Source: Ginkgo biloba
Taxonomy: Eukaryota; Plantae; Ginkgophyta
Reading direction: 5' to 3'
Assembly (NCBI GenBank): GCA_024626585.2
Contig: JANKJI020000002.1
Location: forward strand, 74,082,391 to 74,097,741
DNA length: 15,351 nucleotides
Position numbers and translations under genes: made by a program. The notes beneath the pieces were generated by a model. That model ran no database searches, was not told the DNA's origin, and was given only the letters and a program-made list of their open reading frames with translations. The first letter of the stretch is position 1. Each line of letters begins with the position of its first letter. Below are positions 1 through 10,522 of this stretch, in pieces.

Positions 1-1660
1 CAATGTAATTAGCGTGGCTTGAGACTTAGACCAAGCACATACTTTTGTAAATATTCTAGTAATAACATAAATGAAGGTAAGCATGGGGAGTATGGGGTAT
101 ATGATCCATCATACTTGTTCATATAAAGTTGGAATAACTTATATCCTTTTTTATCATTAAGGATAATTCCAGATCCAACTCTTTAGTGATGATAACAGAG
201 CCCACCTTTGATCTAGCTTTCGAGATTGAGAGAACTCTTTATAAACTATACACTCCTCTTACCCACATATTAGAATATTTATTGCCTATTTGAGAGATGA
301 CCTTTTTGATATCACTCCCATGAGTGACAAAACTAAGAAGAGATCATATTATGAGAGTTTTGTCTTTTGATTAGAATTCCTCGTCTACTTTTGTATTGAA
401 ATTCTTGTTCCTCTCTTTTTATATTTATCAATAAAGTCTTGATNNNNNNNNNNNNNNNNNNNNNNTTGTTCCTTTGTTATTACTATTTGAATATGCAAGT
501 AGTATAATAATAATTATTATCTTCCATTGTAGTTACAAAAGGATTAATGAGAAGTTTTATTGGTATAATCTCTCCCTTCCATTTTTTATTTTAAAGTTTT
601 CTATGCAATATGCAAGTGGCAATCTTGAAGATGTTTTTGCTCATACACACTTCAAAACTGAAAAGTCAAAATAGACTCCTAAAAGGCCAATAGATGTTAT
701 TTTGAAAAATAAAAATAATTTGAAAAAATACCTCTACAAACTAGAGAAAAGCATAGTTGATTATTGCTAATACTACATATCACCATTTTTAATTAGAAGA
801 GATCTAATTTAACTTAGAAAGTTCGGATTTACAACCTCTAGCAATGGTAGAGCTCAATGACCATCCTTGGTGAAGTCTAATAGGGAGAGGGAAGGGACTC
901 CAAGCCTTTACAAACACACTTTGCACGCACAATATTAGTGGCTCATTTTCTCTTATCACCATTCCCTTTCCCTTCATTATCTTTTGTTAAAGTTGACCCA
1001 AATCAAGTTTCAGGGCTAAGAGGTTAGTGCTAGGTAACCCGATTCAAACCTAAAACAACCAACCCATATACTTATTTTTTCTAAAGCTCACCCTCTAGAA
1101 AGTCAATTGACTTTTTCTTTTTTAAGTAATAGGTGTTTATATTTCTATTTTATTATCCCTTCTAAGTAGAAAAGAGATGGAATTTATGTATTTTAAACAA
1201 GCTATCTTAATATCATATCACTCATCATCAACATATTTCTCAATTTTGACTCTTTTCTCTTTATGCTATAAGAGGAAAGTGACTTACCATAAGGTGGCTT
1301 TTGTTAAAAAGGTATTGATTACCATGAAACTGAGTGCATTGACTAAAATCAAGAGTCTTGCATGGCTCCAAAACACCATCCTTTAGTGTTTACTTCTTCG
1401 CTTTCAAAATGCATTTTAAAGCTTTTTGTGCCCATTATTGTAACCTTCCCATTGGATAATAGTTGAAGACAATTTTTGTAGCCAGGCTTGTACCTTGCCA
1501 GGATTCTCGTGTGACGAATAAGCTGTCAGACGGCATCAATTGTGCCCCTCTTATTGCCAATTGCCCAGGCCTATTTTCATTTTCATCCGACTTTGATTAG
1601 CTAGAGGTCTTTTACCTTGCACTCACCTGTCACTGGCATTTTTCTGCCATGGTCATCATT

Positions 1661-1760
1661 NNNNNNNNNNNNNNNNNNNNNNNNNNNNNNNNNNNNNNNN
1701 NNNNNNNNNNNNNNNNNNNNNNNNNNNNNNNNNNNNNNNNNNNNNNNNNNNNNNNNNNNN
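1661..1760. other. 100-N gap of probably unknown size (also 6765-6864, 10691-10790, 11920-12019, 13262-13361)
   Basis: Five runs of exactly 100 N, the usual convention for unsized gaps. Other N runs: 444-465, 2360-2381, 3634-3859, 5176-5187, 8511-8595, 8820-8839. Confidence 0.85.
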
Positions 1761-1858
1761 ATGGTCATCATTTGGCTATTAGATAAAAAGCTGGAATATT
1801 GATTTATATTTTGGTGCTGTAACTTTCAGAACCCCAATTCTGGTATCCTTTTTGAAAG

Positions 1859-2084
1859 GTGAGTATCATGTGTTTGGACTGGGTGACAGCTCAGCTCTTC
1901 CTCTCCACATAAAATTGATGATACCCATTCATTTAACTTCTGCCAACTCCACCTGCTGCAAGGCAGGGGCAGAATTAGTACTCGAGTTCAGGAATTGGGC
2001 TTTTGGAATACCTTGGGGGCAGAGAAGCACAGCACTGGGGACCTATCTGAACTTGGGTACCTTCGATTTTGATTTTTCTCGCAG
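1859..2084 (+). other. Candidate 5'UTR intron of the LRR gene
   Basis: Consensus donor AAG|GTGAGT (1859) and a T-rich acceptor GATTTTGATTTTTCTCGCAG| (AG 2083-2084), about 310 nt upstream of the ATG. No transcript evidence. Confidence 0.45.
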
Positions 2085-2396
2085 GGGTTGACTTGTACTG
2101 TAGCTCTCAACCTTTCCATGAGGCTTCATCTGCATTAACTTTGAGGTAGGGTGATTGACATTGACAGAACTTGAAAAGGTCTTGGGTAATCATACTTATC
2201 TTCTTTTAGTACTAGTAGGGGGCAGGCTTTCTTGGAAATGTGCAGACTCTGATTTCTTCAATTGGCCGTCTCGACTAAGTAATAAATCAGAATTTTTTTG
2301 TCTGGGATCAAGGTTACGGTGCTAGAAGAAGAAAGCCTGGACTTTTGAAGAAACCTGCANNNNNNNNNNNNNNNNNNNNNNGAGAAGAAGAAAGCA

Positions 2397-2478
2397 ATGG
2401 TTTCCTTCGTGAAATTTCTGTTATTTGCAGTGGTCTTGGGCTTCACAACAATTCCAACTATATCGTCCAATTCTGAAG
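2397..2478 (+). CDS. LRR1: LRR1/LRP-like (SERK-related) leucine-rich repeat protein, coding exon 1 (signal peptide)
   Basis: ATG in good context (AAAGCAATGG) after a GA-rich leader. Translates MVSFVKFLLFAVVLGFTTIPTISSNSE(G), a hydrophobic signal peptide followed by the family motif NSEG. Ends at a phase-1 donor GAAG|GTAAAG (GT 2479-2480), as in SERK/LRR1 exon 1. Confidence 0.9.
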
Positions 2479-2759
2479 GTAAAGTGTCTTGAGAGCCCGT
2501 TGAGCCTTGAGAAACCCATTACGGATTATGTTACTTTCTTATGTAAATTGAGCATCATGTGGGTCATCTTCGTTTGTTTAGGAAAATGCCAGCACCATGG
2601 TTCTGATATAACTTTTCAATTGCAAAAAGCATTGGAAGCTTCGAATGAGAAATTTGGAAGAGCCTGTGATTTTGTCTTTTTGTTTGTGAAGAAAGTTGCC
2701 AGTTTGCTTGGAGAACACACATCACGTGCCAGTGACATCGTTGAGAATTGATTTTGCAG
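2479..2759 (+). other. GT-AG intron 1 of the LRR gene (281 nt)
   Basis: GTAAAG...TTTTGCAG; removal joins G+GG to give Gly in NSEGD. Confidence 0.9.
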
Positions 2760-2892
2760 GGGATGCTCTCCATGCTTTTAGGACAAATTTGTTAGATCCT
2801 GACAATGTTTTGCAAAGCTGGGACCCTACTCTTGTGAATCCTTGCACCTGGTTTCATGTCACCTGTGATCAGAATAACCACGTTACAAGAGT
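2760..2892 (+). CDS. LRR1: LRR1/LRP-like protein, coding exon 2 (LRR N-terminal cap, LRRNT_2)
   Basis: Acceptor TTTTGCAG| (AG 2758-2759) and donor AGT|GTAAGT (2893). Length 133 nt, the typical size of this exon in the family. Encodes (G)[43 protein letters not shown](V), with the diagnostic [19 protein letters not shown]. Confidence 0.97.
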
Positions 2893-2989
2893 GTAAGTGT
2901 CTTTTCTGTTTACAGCCACATTATATTGCAGTGTTAGACGAAGAGTTCATCAAAGCTTAGCTATTTTATACTGTTTACTACATTTTCAG
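2893..2989 (+). other. GT-AG intron 2 of the LRR gene (97 nt)
   Basis: GTAAGT...TTTTCAG; removal joins GT+G to give Val in RVDLG. Confidence 0.95.
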
Positions 2990-3061
2990 GGATTTGGGCA
3001 ATTCAAATCTTTCTGGTCATTTGGTGCCCGAGCTTGGGAAGCTTGAGCATTTGCAGTACTT
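2990..3061 (+). CDS. LRR1: LRR1/LRP-like protein, coding exon 3 (first LRR); gene is 3'-partial in this window
   Basis: Acceptor CATTTTCAG| (AG 2988-2989) and donor TT|GTAAGT (3062). Length 72 nt (one 24-aa plant LRR), in frame with exon 2: (V)[23 protein letters not shown](L). As I recall it, Arabidopsis LRR1 reads [24 protein letters not shown], whereas SERKs read approximately DLGNAxLSGQLVPQLGQLKNLQYL. Confidence 0.95.
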
Positions 3062-4050
3062 GTAAGTCTTTTCTTTTGAATTTGGCATCTTGTTTTGACA
3101 CGGTTTTCCATTGCTTCTCCTTTTGAAATTTCTTATTCAGGCACGCAGATCGTTTTTATTTTATGTTTTTTGGGGCATTAATTTAGGAGCACGAAATAAA
3201 GATGGGGATCATGCTGGGCTCAGACACCTAAGGTAATGAAGTGCCCAACTCCCTGTTGGAGGTTAGTGTAGGTATGTACTAGGTATATCAGGAAAGGAAG
3301 TGAAAAGAAACAAAGCCTTTATGATGCTGAAACCCAGTAGAAGGGGATAACACTTGTATCTTACTGCATGAGTGCCGGCTTCAGCTATGGATGACCCGGT
3401 GGAAATTTCAGTTCTTCGCCTTTGAGAAGATGCACTCTTATAAGAAAAGTTCTTAGACCCGAGTGAAAAGTTCATTCTCTTAAAGACTTTTCCTAGTTGT
3501 ACTTTATAAGAAGTATTTAATTTTTAAGGTTCAAGAAACCCAAGGTGGAAGTATTGAATGAACATTTGTGGAATCCCTGAGAAGTTTAAAGGAAGATCAC
3601 GGACCCGATTTCAAAAGGTAAACTTATGTAATANNNNNNNNNNNNNNNNNNNNNNNNNNNNNNNNNNNNNNNNNNNNNNNNNNNNNNNNNNNNNNNNNNN
3701 NNNNNNNNNNNNNNNNNNNNNNNNNNNNNNNNNNNNNNNNNNNNNNNNNNNNNNNNNNNNNNNNNNNNNNNNNNNNNNNNNNNNNNNNNNNNNNNNNNNN
3801 NNNNNNNNNNNNNNNNNNNNNNNNNNNNNNNNNNNNNNNNNNNNNNNNNNNNNNNNNNNTTTCTCAAGTTAACTAAACCTTAGCAAAATAGATGAAGATT
3901 TGAACTCAATGATCACATCTACCTCTGGAGTTATAAAGAACAGATGATAACTTGCTGTACCCCGCAATTGACCATACCGGGATCACCATCTGTATTCCTT
4001 CTCTATAGATTTCTTCCATTATTGGTTGGTATTCAATAATTGAGCTTCAT

Positions 4051-5447
4051 TATGTTGATTTATGCATTCTTATTGCATATGTAGTTGGCCTTTTCATTCT
4101 GCAAACAACACATTCTGGTGAACTGGGATGATGAATTGACAGCAAGGATGGAGGCTCTGGAATGAGCCATATTAACGGGCTGGTAATTTTGGTTTATTAT
4201 GCCTTCTTAGGAGAAAAGTTAAAGGAATTTGGTAACTGAAAGTTTGAACATGAAGTGGAATGTTTGATTTGGGGGCTATAGCTTGAACTTTGCCTTCAAA
4301 GTTCTTGATAGTTCATATCAGGGAAAGAACAAAAGAGGCTGTCAAATGCCACTTTACTTACACTTCCACTTCATATCCCACTCACTGTGTCCACTTCCTC
4401 TCTATACTGATTTGTTTCCTCTCCACAGGAACAAAACATGCAGATGCTGCTGTTGTGTGCATGACAAGAAATATATAAAGTGTACTGTTTCTAGCAGGGA
4501 TGTAAGAGTTATGTTGATTTGGGCATTCTTATTGCTCTTTTTGGCACTTGCTCTTTTGTTTATGGAGCAAACCCTTTCTGGTGAGTAGGGGATAAAGATT
4601 TGATTCGAAGAATGGAAGCTCAGAAATGAGCCATTTCACTTGAAACATTATAAGGTTGATGACCAGGCTGGTGGTTTTGGGTTATTGTGTCTTTTTAGGA
4701 GATCAGTTAAAAGAATTTTGGTAAATGGAAGCTCGGAATTAAAATAGAATGCTTGATCTGGGCCCTAGAGCTTACTCTCTACCTTTATAGTTTTTTTATA
4801 GTTCATAGATGCTATGGAACAGAAGAGGCCACCAAATGCCACTCTTCTTGTACTTGCACTTGACAGCCCTCTTGTTGTAACCACGTCCTCAATGTTATTT
4901 TGTTTCCTGTCCATAGGAACAAAACATGATAATGTTGCTTGCATGACAAGAAATATGTAAAATTTACTGTTTGGCTGGGCTATAACATTAATGTCTATTT
5001 ATGCATTCTTTGCATTTGGTAGTCAGTCTTTTGTTTCTGGGAAGAAAGAAAATTTTTCTGGTGAAGATGGGATAAAAAATTGGCACAAAGGATGAAAGTT
5101 CAGAAATTAGCCATTTTACTTGAGAAAAGCTGTGAAGTTGATGAATGCACTGGGGGCTTTGGTTTGTTGTTTCTTNNNNNNNNNNNNGGTGAAGGAAAAA
5201 GGGGCAAATGAAAGGTCGAACTTGAAATGGAATGCGTACTGAGAACTTGAACTTTTATCTTCAAGGTTCTCGATGCTTCATATTGGGGAAAGAATGCCAA
5301 AAGCCACTATTCTTGTACTAACACTTCACAGACCACTTTCTGTGACCACTTCCTCTCTATATTGATTTGTTTCCTTCCAGAGGAACAAAGCATGCAGATG
5401 ATGACATTGTTTGCACCACGGGAAATATGTATAATTCTCCTACTGCT
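4051..5447. repeat. Diverged tandem triplication, unit ~460-480 bp (copies ~4051-4509, ~4510-4989, ~4990-5447)
   Basis: Collinear anchors in all three copies: GCATTCTT (4064, 4523, 5003), TTCTGGTGA (4113, 4576, 5056), AGCCAT, GCCACT, TTTGTTTCCT (4411, 4899, 5366), AGGAACAAA (4427, 4915, 5381), GAAATAT. Confidence 0.9.
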
Positions 5448-6369
5448 GACCCCTGCAAAAGTTAAGATTGGAAGTCTTACTTTTTCATAGAACTCAAACA
5501 AAGATACCTTCTAAGTTTCCAGCATTTCAGATTCCTAATCTAGTTGCTCATCTCAAATCCTTCTGAGGAATTAGCTGCAAAAATGGAGAGTGGCAATAGC
5601 TTTGGAATGACCCTTCTAATAGGAGTGCAGATCAGTTTCAGATTTGTCCACTTGATTAAATTTCAAGGCTGTCAGCGAATTAGATCTGTTGTGACCCTTC
5701 AAGGTCATAACAATGAGAAACAGGCAAATGATGAACAAAATAGTAAACGAGAAGCTTTACGACACCCCCATGGTATAATATTCCGAAGACAAGGTCAAAA
5801 GGCAAGTGATTATTCGCCAATGATGATTGTTGCAATGTGGCCTTGCATATGTACATTACCTTAAGGGCTTTTCATTGTCTTAAAGCAAGTAACTCCTCGG
5901 CTATATATACCTGTTCATTAATTTCAACACTAATTTAACCTATTAACTGTAATATAGGAGTTCAAGCCTGTGTAGTCCAGTATTTAGGTATATTACATGC
6001 TTTTCCTTCTTAGAATGCTTGGTCCTCAAAGCATGGCTAGAATTTATATTTCCTTAGGCACTTGACATGGTATCATAGTCATTATCAACTCATTTGTGTT
6101 GATCATACTTGCTTGCGAGTTGTATATGTGAATGGCAACTAATGGTGTCTCCATGTGTGGGGATCCTACGCTGGGATGACCTCTTGTGGGGACGTTATCC
6201 ATCTTTGTGGGCATTATGCTCCAGGCAATGTAATGAACTTGGGGGTTATATAGATAATTTTGTTCTTAACGGCATATGACACTATGTCGTAAAATTTCGA
6301 CAAAGGTTTATGTGGTTTGATTGATGGCATTTGCTTGTTTATGTGAATAGTACTTTACAACATGATAAA

Positions 6370-8310
6370 TGGGATTCTATCCAATGTGGACATGGAATTT
6401 TCCATTGAACTTGGTTACCCCTAATTGTTGTATTGGAAATCAATGGTTGATGCAAATTGTGTCTAGTGGTTGATGACGATAATGGGAAACATTTGATTGA
6501 ACCATTATATTGTGTAACCACCTGTCCTTATACTTGCATACAAGCTACATGCTTCCTTGCAGAATAAGCATATTCAATCTGGAGGAAACCTTTCTTAATG
6601 GCACACATGAAGCATTGGCAGACTTATAGCATAATTAACATTTCAATTCTGCCACAATCCGATATTCATTTATGATTGATCTATTTTCGGATCCAAAGTC
6701 AATTTTTATTAATTTTAAGAAAATTGGTCAAGATTGGGAAAAAATTGTTCACTTTTGAGTTGAANNNNNNNNNNNNNNNNNNNNNNNNNNNNNNNNNNNN
6801 NNNNNNNNNNNNNNNNNNNNNNNNNNNNNNNNNNNNNNNNNNNNNNNNNNNNNNNNNNNNNNNNGGGATAAATTATGCTCTCTAGAAGTTTTGACATTAT
6901 TTTCTAACCAATCCATTTACTTTTTTTCATGGATCATCAAGCCTAGATGTACTTGGCGAAAAAGCCTCTATTGCAAGTTCATGTGAGTAGATGGTTGTTG
7001 ACGTTCGAGGAGTTTATCTTTAAATTGTGGTGAAACCTTGGAAACCTCATGTGGTACCTGATCAACTTTCTCGTATTGATAATGGCGAAGTGGTAGTGGG
7101 AGTACATGATGACTTTTCAGATGCTTAATTGTTTTGTATGAGGTCGTGTTGGATTGGCATGTAGGTATTGCAGAAGGATTAGCTTCTAATACAATGCCAC
7201 ATGGATTGGATGGTGCAGAGCGTTAGAATTTGGCTTGTCGAGTTGCTTCTTATCAATTGATTGTTGGAAAATTGTATTGCTTGCGCCAGATTACATTTTG
7301 AGAGGTTGTGTAATGAAACATGCATTGCCTTAGATCTAATGACAATCACATGATGGGTTGGTTGGGGAACATCATCCCAGTGATGCTACTTGTTGGAAAA
7401 TTTTGAATGCTGGACTTTGTTGGCGGACCTTATTTTGTGATGTAGTCGACTAGGTGCATGTGTGATGGTTGCTAGTGTTTGGGGAAGTCAACAAAGAAAT
7501 ATTAGATATCGATACAACCTATATTTCCACGGGCTCCATTTGAATAATGGGGGTTGAATTTTGTAGTCCTTATTAAACTTCCTGCTTGACACACTTAGGC
7601 GCGCTATATTTTAGCAGCCATTGATTATGTGACAAAGTAGTGTGAGGCGTGTCTAGTGTTTTCCTTAGATTGGTATGTGACAACAAAACTTTTGTATGAG
7701 GTAGTTATTACACGGTTTAGTTGTCCATTACAGTTGACTAGTGACTAGGATTCTAAGATGTAATGGTCAAGTAAAAAATTTTAGTATGATTTTGGAAGAA
7801 GCCTTGTGCAAAAGTTATGATGATAGTTGTTTAGATTAGGTTGAGAAGGCTTATTTAGTGCTTTGGGCATTTCGGTCGTGTGTGACATGTCAAATCCCAT
7901 TTCAGTTGGTTTATGGCTTTGAAACTATTTTTCGAACATAATTCATACTTCCCATATACGGATCACAATTGAATGTCGTTTGGGAGATGAGCTTGCAATA
8001 TGGGTCAATTGTATCAACTAATGCAGTTGGTTGAGACATAACATGTGGCAGGATGGATGCAACAATGTGAAAAGTGTCGTAAAAAAGCTTGGCATGATCA
8101 TCATTTGTACAACCCTTTATTCAAATAAGGTGATATGGTTTTGTTATATGATAGTTTTGTACTCAGTTGGGGTAATTGAAACTTTGTTGGTTTGGACCCT
8201 ATGAGTTGGATAAAGTATTTGACAATTGGGTTGTCTAGTTATAGCCACTAAATGATGAATTATTGCCTAATCTAGGAAATGGTGGTCATTTAAAGCCTTA
8301 TCATCAATAA
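6370..8310 (+). mobile_element. Degenerate Ty3/gypsy LTR-retrotransposon pol (RT remnant, RNase H, integrase with GPY/F tail; no chromodomain seen)
   Basis: Fragments in gypsy order, broken by stops and frameshifts. RT start: WLPLIVVLEING*CKLC (6412, weak) and YSFMIDLFS...DWEK (6663). RNase H: YAL*KF*HYFLTNPF, DHQA*MYLAKKP...RWLLTFEEF, HVVPDQLSRIDNGE...GVHDDFSDA*LF (6865-7135). Zinc finger: HDGLVGEH...KILNAGLCWRTLFCD...CDGC (7349-7475). Integrase core: PFE*WGLNFV...RYILAAIDYVTK*CEA, ITRFSCPLQLTSD*, NGQV, LWAFR, PFQLVYG. Tail: KAWHD, GDMVLLYDS, WFGPY, NGGHLKPYHQ* (stop 8308-8310). Confidence 0.92.
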
Positions 8311-10522
8311 TAAATTATCCAACCTCTTCCATATAGAGGTAAATAATTCCCTTCTTACAATTAAGGGTAATAATCTAATCCACATTCCATAGTACAAAAA
8401 GTCCTTTTTACTTTAAGAGAATCTCAACAACCATGCACACCTCCTCATCATGAAGGTCAATAGTGTAATATACATTCCAAAATATAATATATCCTTATTA
8501 ATTTGAGAGGNNNNNNNNNNNNNNNNNNNNNNNNNNNNNNNNNNNNNNNNNNNNNNNNNNNNNNNNNNNNNNNNNNNNNNNNNNNNNNNNNNNNNACTTG
8601 TTCTATATTTGGCTTTTAGAGATTGTAACCTAGTACTGAGTTGAATGATAGTCACATAGTGCCTTTTGCATTCATGGTATGATCAATGGCTTAGGTTTTG
8701 AGGACATATCATATCATCCCTTTTGGTGGTCCTTACAATGACTTAATGAGTATAGGTGTTGTTATCTTGTCTTCATGTGGGAATGTTGTTGATTGTGACA
8801 TTTGGCTTGGAAAGATGATNNNNNNNNNNNNNNNNNNNNATGGGTAGTTAGACACGACATGCACCACGTGTATTTTTCATCAAGGTGTAATCTTAAGGCT
8901 AGATTGCGATTTTATTGGATTATGATGCCAATAATTGTTGGTTGTTTTTCTTCTTTCTATCTTAATGGCGATTGAAGTATGAACCAATGTTTGAGTGTGC
9001 ATTTTGAATCATCGTAGTGATTTAGAAGGACCCTAAGGCGATAATTTTTTTGGTAATGCTGATTGGAGAAGGTGAATCATATCTATTTGAGATTGTATTT
9101 CACATTCCAGGATGGAGAGAGATGCAAATGGATACTTGATGCATGCTAATATAAATATTCATGAAAATGATGCTAGTGATTAGTAGTTGCATTGGTCATG
9201 ATTGGCTTTTGATTACCCATAAAGGATAACAATGCTTGATTTCTGGTTGGTGTTGCCACCCTCGCTAGTGGATGTTGTCTTTGCACAACAATTAATTTGT
9301 ATGTTGGTTGAATTCCCATAATTGATTGACACGTCTCTTAATGCTATGATAGAATTGATGAGATTGCAGAATGAGGGTGCCTTGGTAGTAATGGATTCAA
9401 AGATGTCTTCTATTGAGGAAACAAAATTACTTTTGTCACTTAGTTGAAGTAGCTTGTTGAGGGGCGTATTAATTGATCAAGTTCGTCATCTGGTGTTGTG
9501 TTGGCTGACACATTTTTTGACCACTCCGGTCTTTTTGTTCTAGAAGAAAAAATATTTCTCAACTTCAATGGTACTTTCGTTGGAACTTCTATGGAAGGGT
9601 GTTCATTTGAATTGATGTGCATTTCTTTTTTATCATGTTGAATCCCAATGACAAAAGATCATCGTTTCTAAAAAGGGCATGCATTTTTTTGGTCCTTCAA
9701 GTCTTGTTGCTTTTGTAATACGCTAATATTTGCTAGTAATTCAGTAGTTGTCAAAATCATTATCTTAGTCGTTAATAAGATGGCTCGTTATAGGAGTTGA
9801 TCAAGAGGTCCTCTCCTATGATAGTCTAGTGTTTGTGAGAGAAGTGGCAACAATTAACTCAATAGACAATCCTTAGGAAGAGAAAGGCAATGATTAATTT
9901 TTGTTTGATGATGAATAAGAAGAAGAATGTTGTGAGGAAGTGAATCTTGTAATTGACATACCTAAAGAAGAGAAGGAAGTATAAGAAGATTATAAACATT
10001 AACCACTTGAATAAAAATTAGATATGATAAAAGATTACATAATTAATATATAGTTTAGATTTTTTTGGATGATCAAAAGTATTTCTACTAAGGTTCCTAC
10101 ATTCTTGACACTTTAATATCAAATGAGTTAATGACATATTCCATGTCATATCAAGAAGAGGCCAAAGGTGAAGAACATGATAAAATACGATGTAACGCCA
10201 AATAATATTAAGAAGACCTTGAAGACCATGATAAATACAATGTCATCACTCCATGCAAGAAAAATAAATGAATGATGAACAGGAAAAAAAAAATCCATTG
10301 CAACACATCGGTTATGGTGAAAGAGGATGGGAAGGACAAGAAAGTGGAACCACATATACACCTTTACTTCATGTTTAATGGAGAGACTATGTATGCATAT
10401 TATTAGAACACTAGTTTAACTTTGCAAATTGAATAAGTCTAATGAACAATTCAAAATACAGTAATCCTACCAAAGAAGAATGAGGACAAGACATAAAAAT
10501 AAAAGCATGTAGAAATTGATTC

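Noticed and set aside
1-1400. ORFs 474-674 and 1177-1386 and any specific TE call for the upstream region
   Set aside because: These are short, low-complexity AT-rich ORFs with no diagnostic TE or gene motif that I could identify.
2324-2395. 13-nt direct repeat AGAAGAAGAAAGC (2324-2336, 2383-2395)
   Set aside because: It is low-complexity GAA-rich leader sequence next to a short N run, common in plant 5'UTRs.
2425-2773. ORFs 2425-2751 (+) and 2564-2773 (-)
   Set aside because: They lie out of frame over exon 1/intron 1 or antisense to it, and show no recognisable motif.
2696-2896. ORF-track 66-aa ORF as a standalone gene
   Set aside because: Only 2760-2892 is coding (exon 2). The N-terminal part is intron 1 read-through and the stop lies in the intron 2 donor.
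2397-3061. Naming the gene SERK/BAK1
   Set aside because: The residues [12 protein letters not shown] and ELGKLEHL fit LRR1/LRP better, and no transmembrane or kinase exons are visible. A SERK-like kinase is not formally excluded.
4917-5060. 144-nt AG...GT segment in repeat copy 2 as the missing two-LRR exon 4, or as one of a set of mutually exclusive LRR exons
   Set aside because: The length matches the usual exon 4, but the required frame reads AAC AAA ACA TGA and no LxxLxLxxN pattern is present.
4051-5447. CRISPR array or box C/D snoRNA cluster
   Set aside because: Units are ~470 bp and homologous throughout with no unique spacers, in a eukaryotic context. TGATGA and CTGA motifs are not positionally conserved in all copies.
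5544-5864. 106-aa ORF and the 10-bp hairpin TGTTGTGACC-CTTCAA-GGTCATAACA (5687-5712)
   Set aside because: The ORF has a non-ATG start and no recognisable domain. An isolated hairpin with no Helitron-type CTRR end is expected occasionally by chance.
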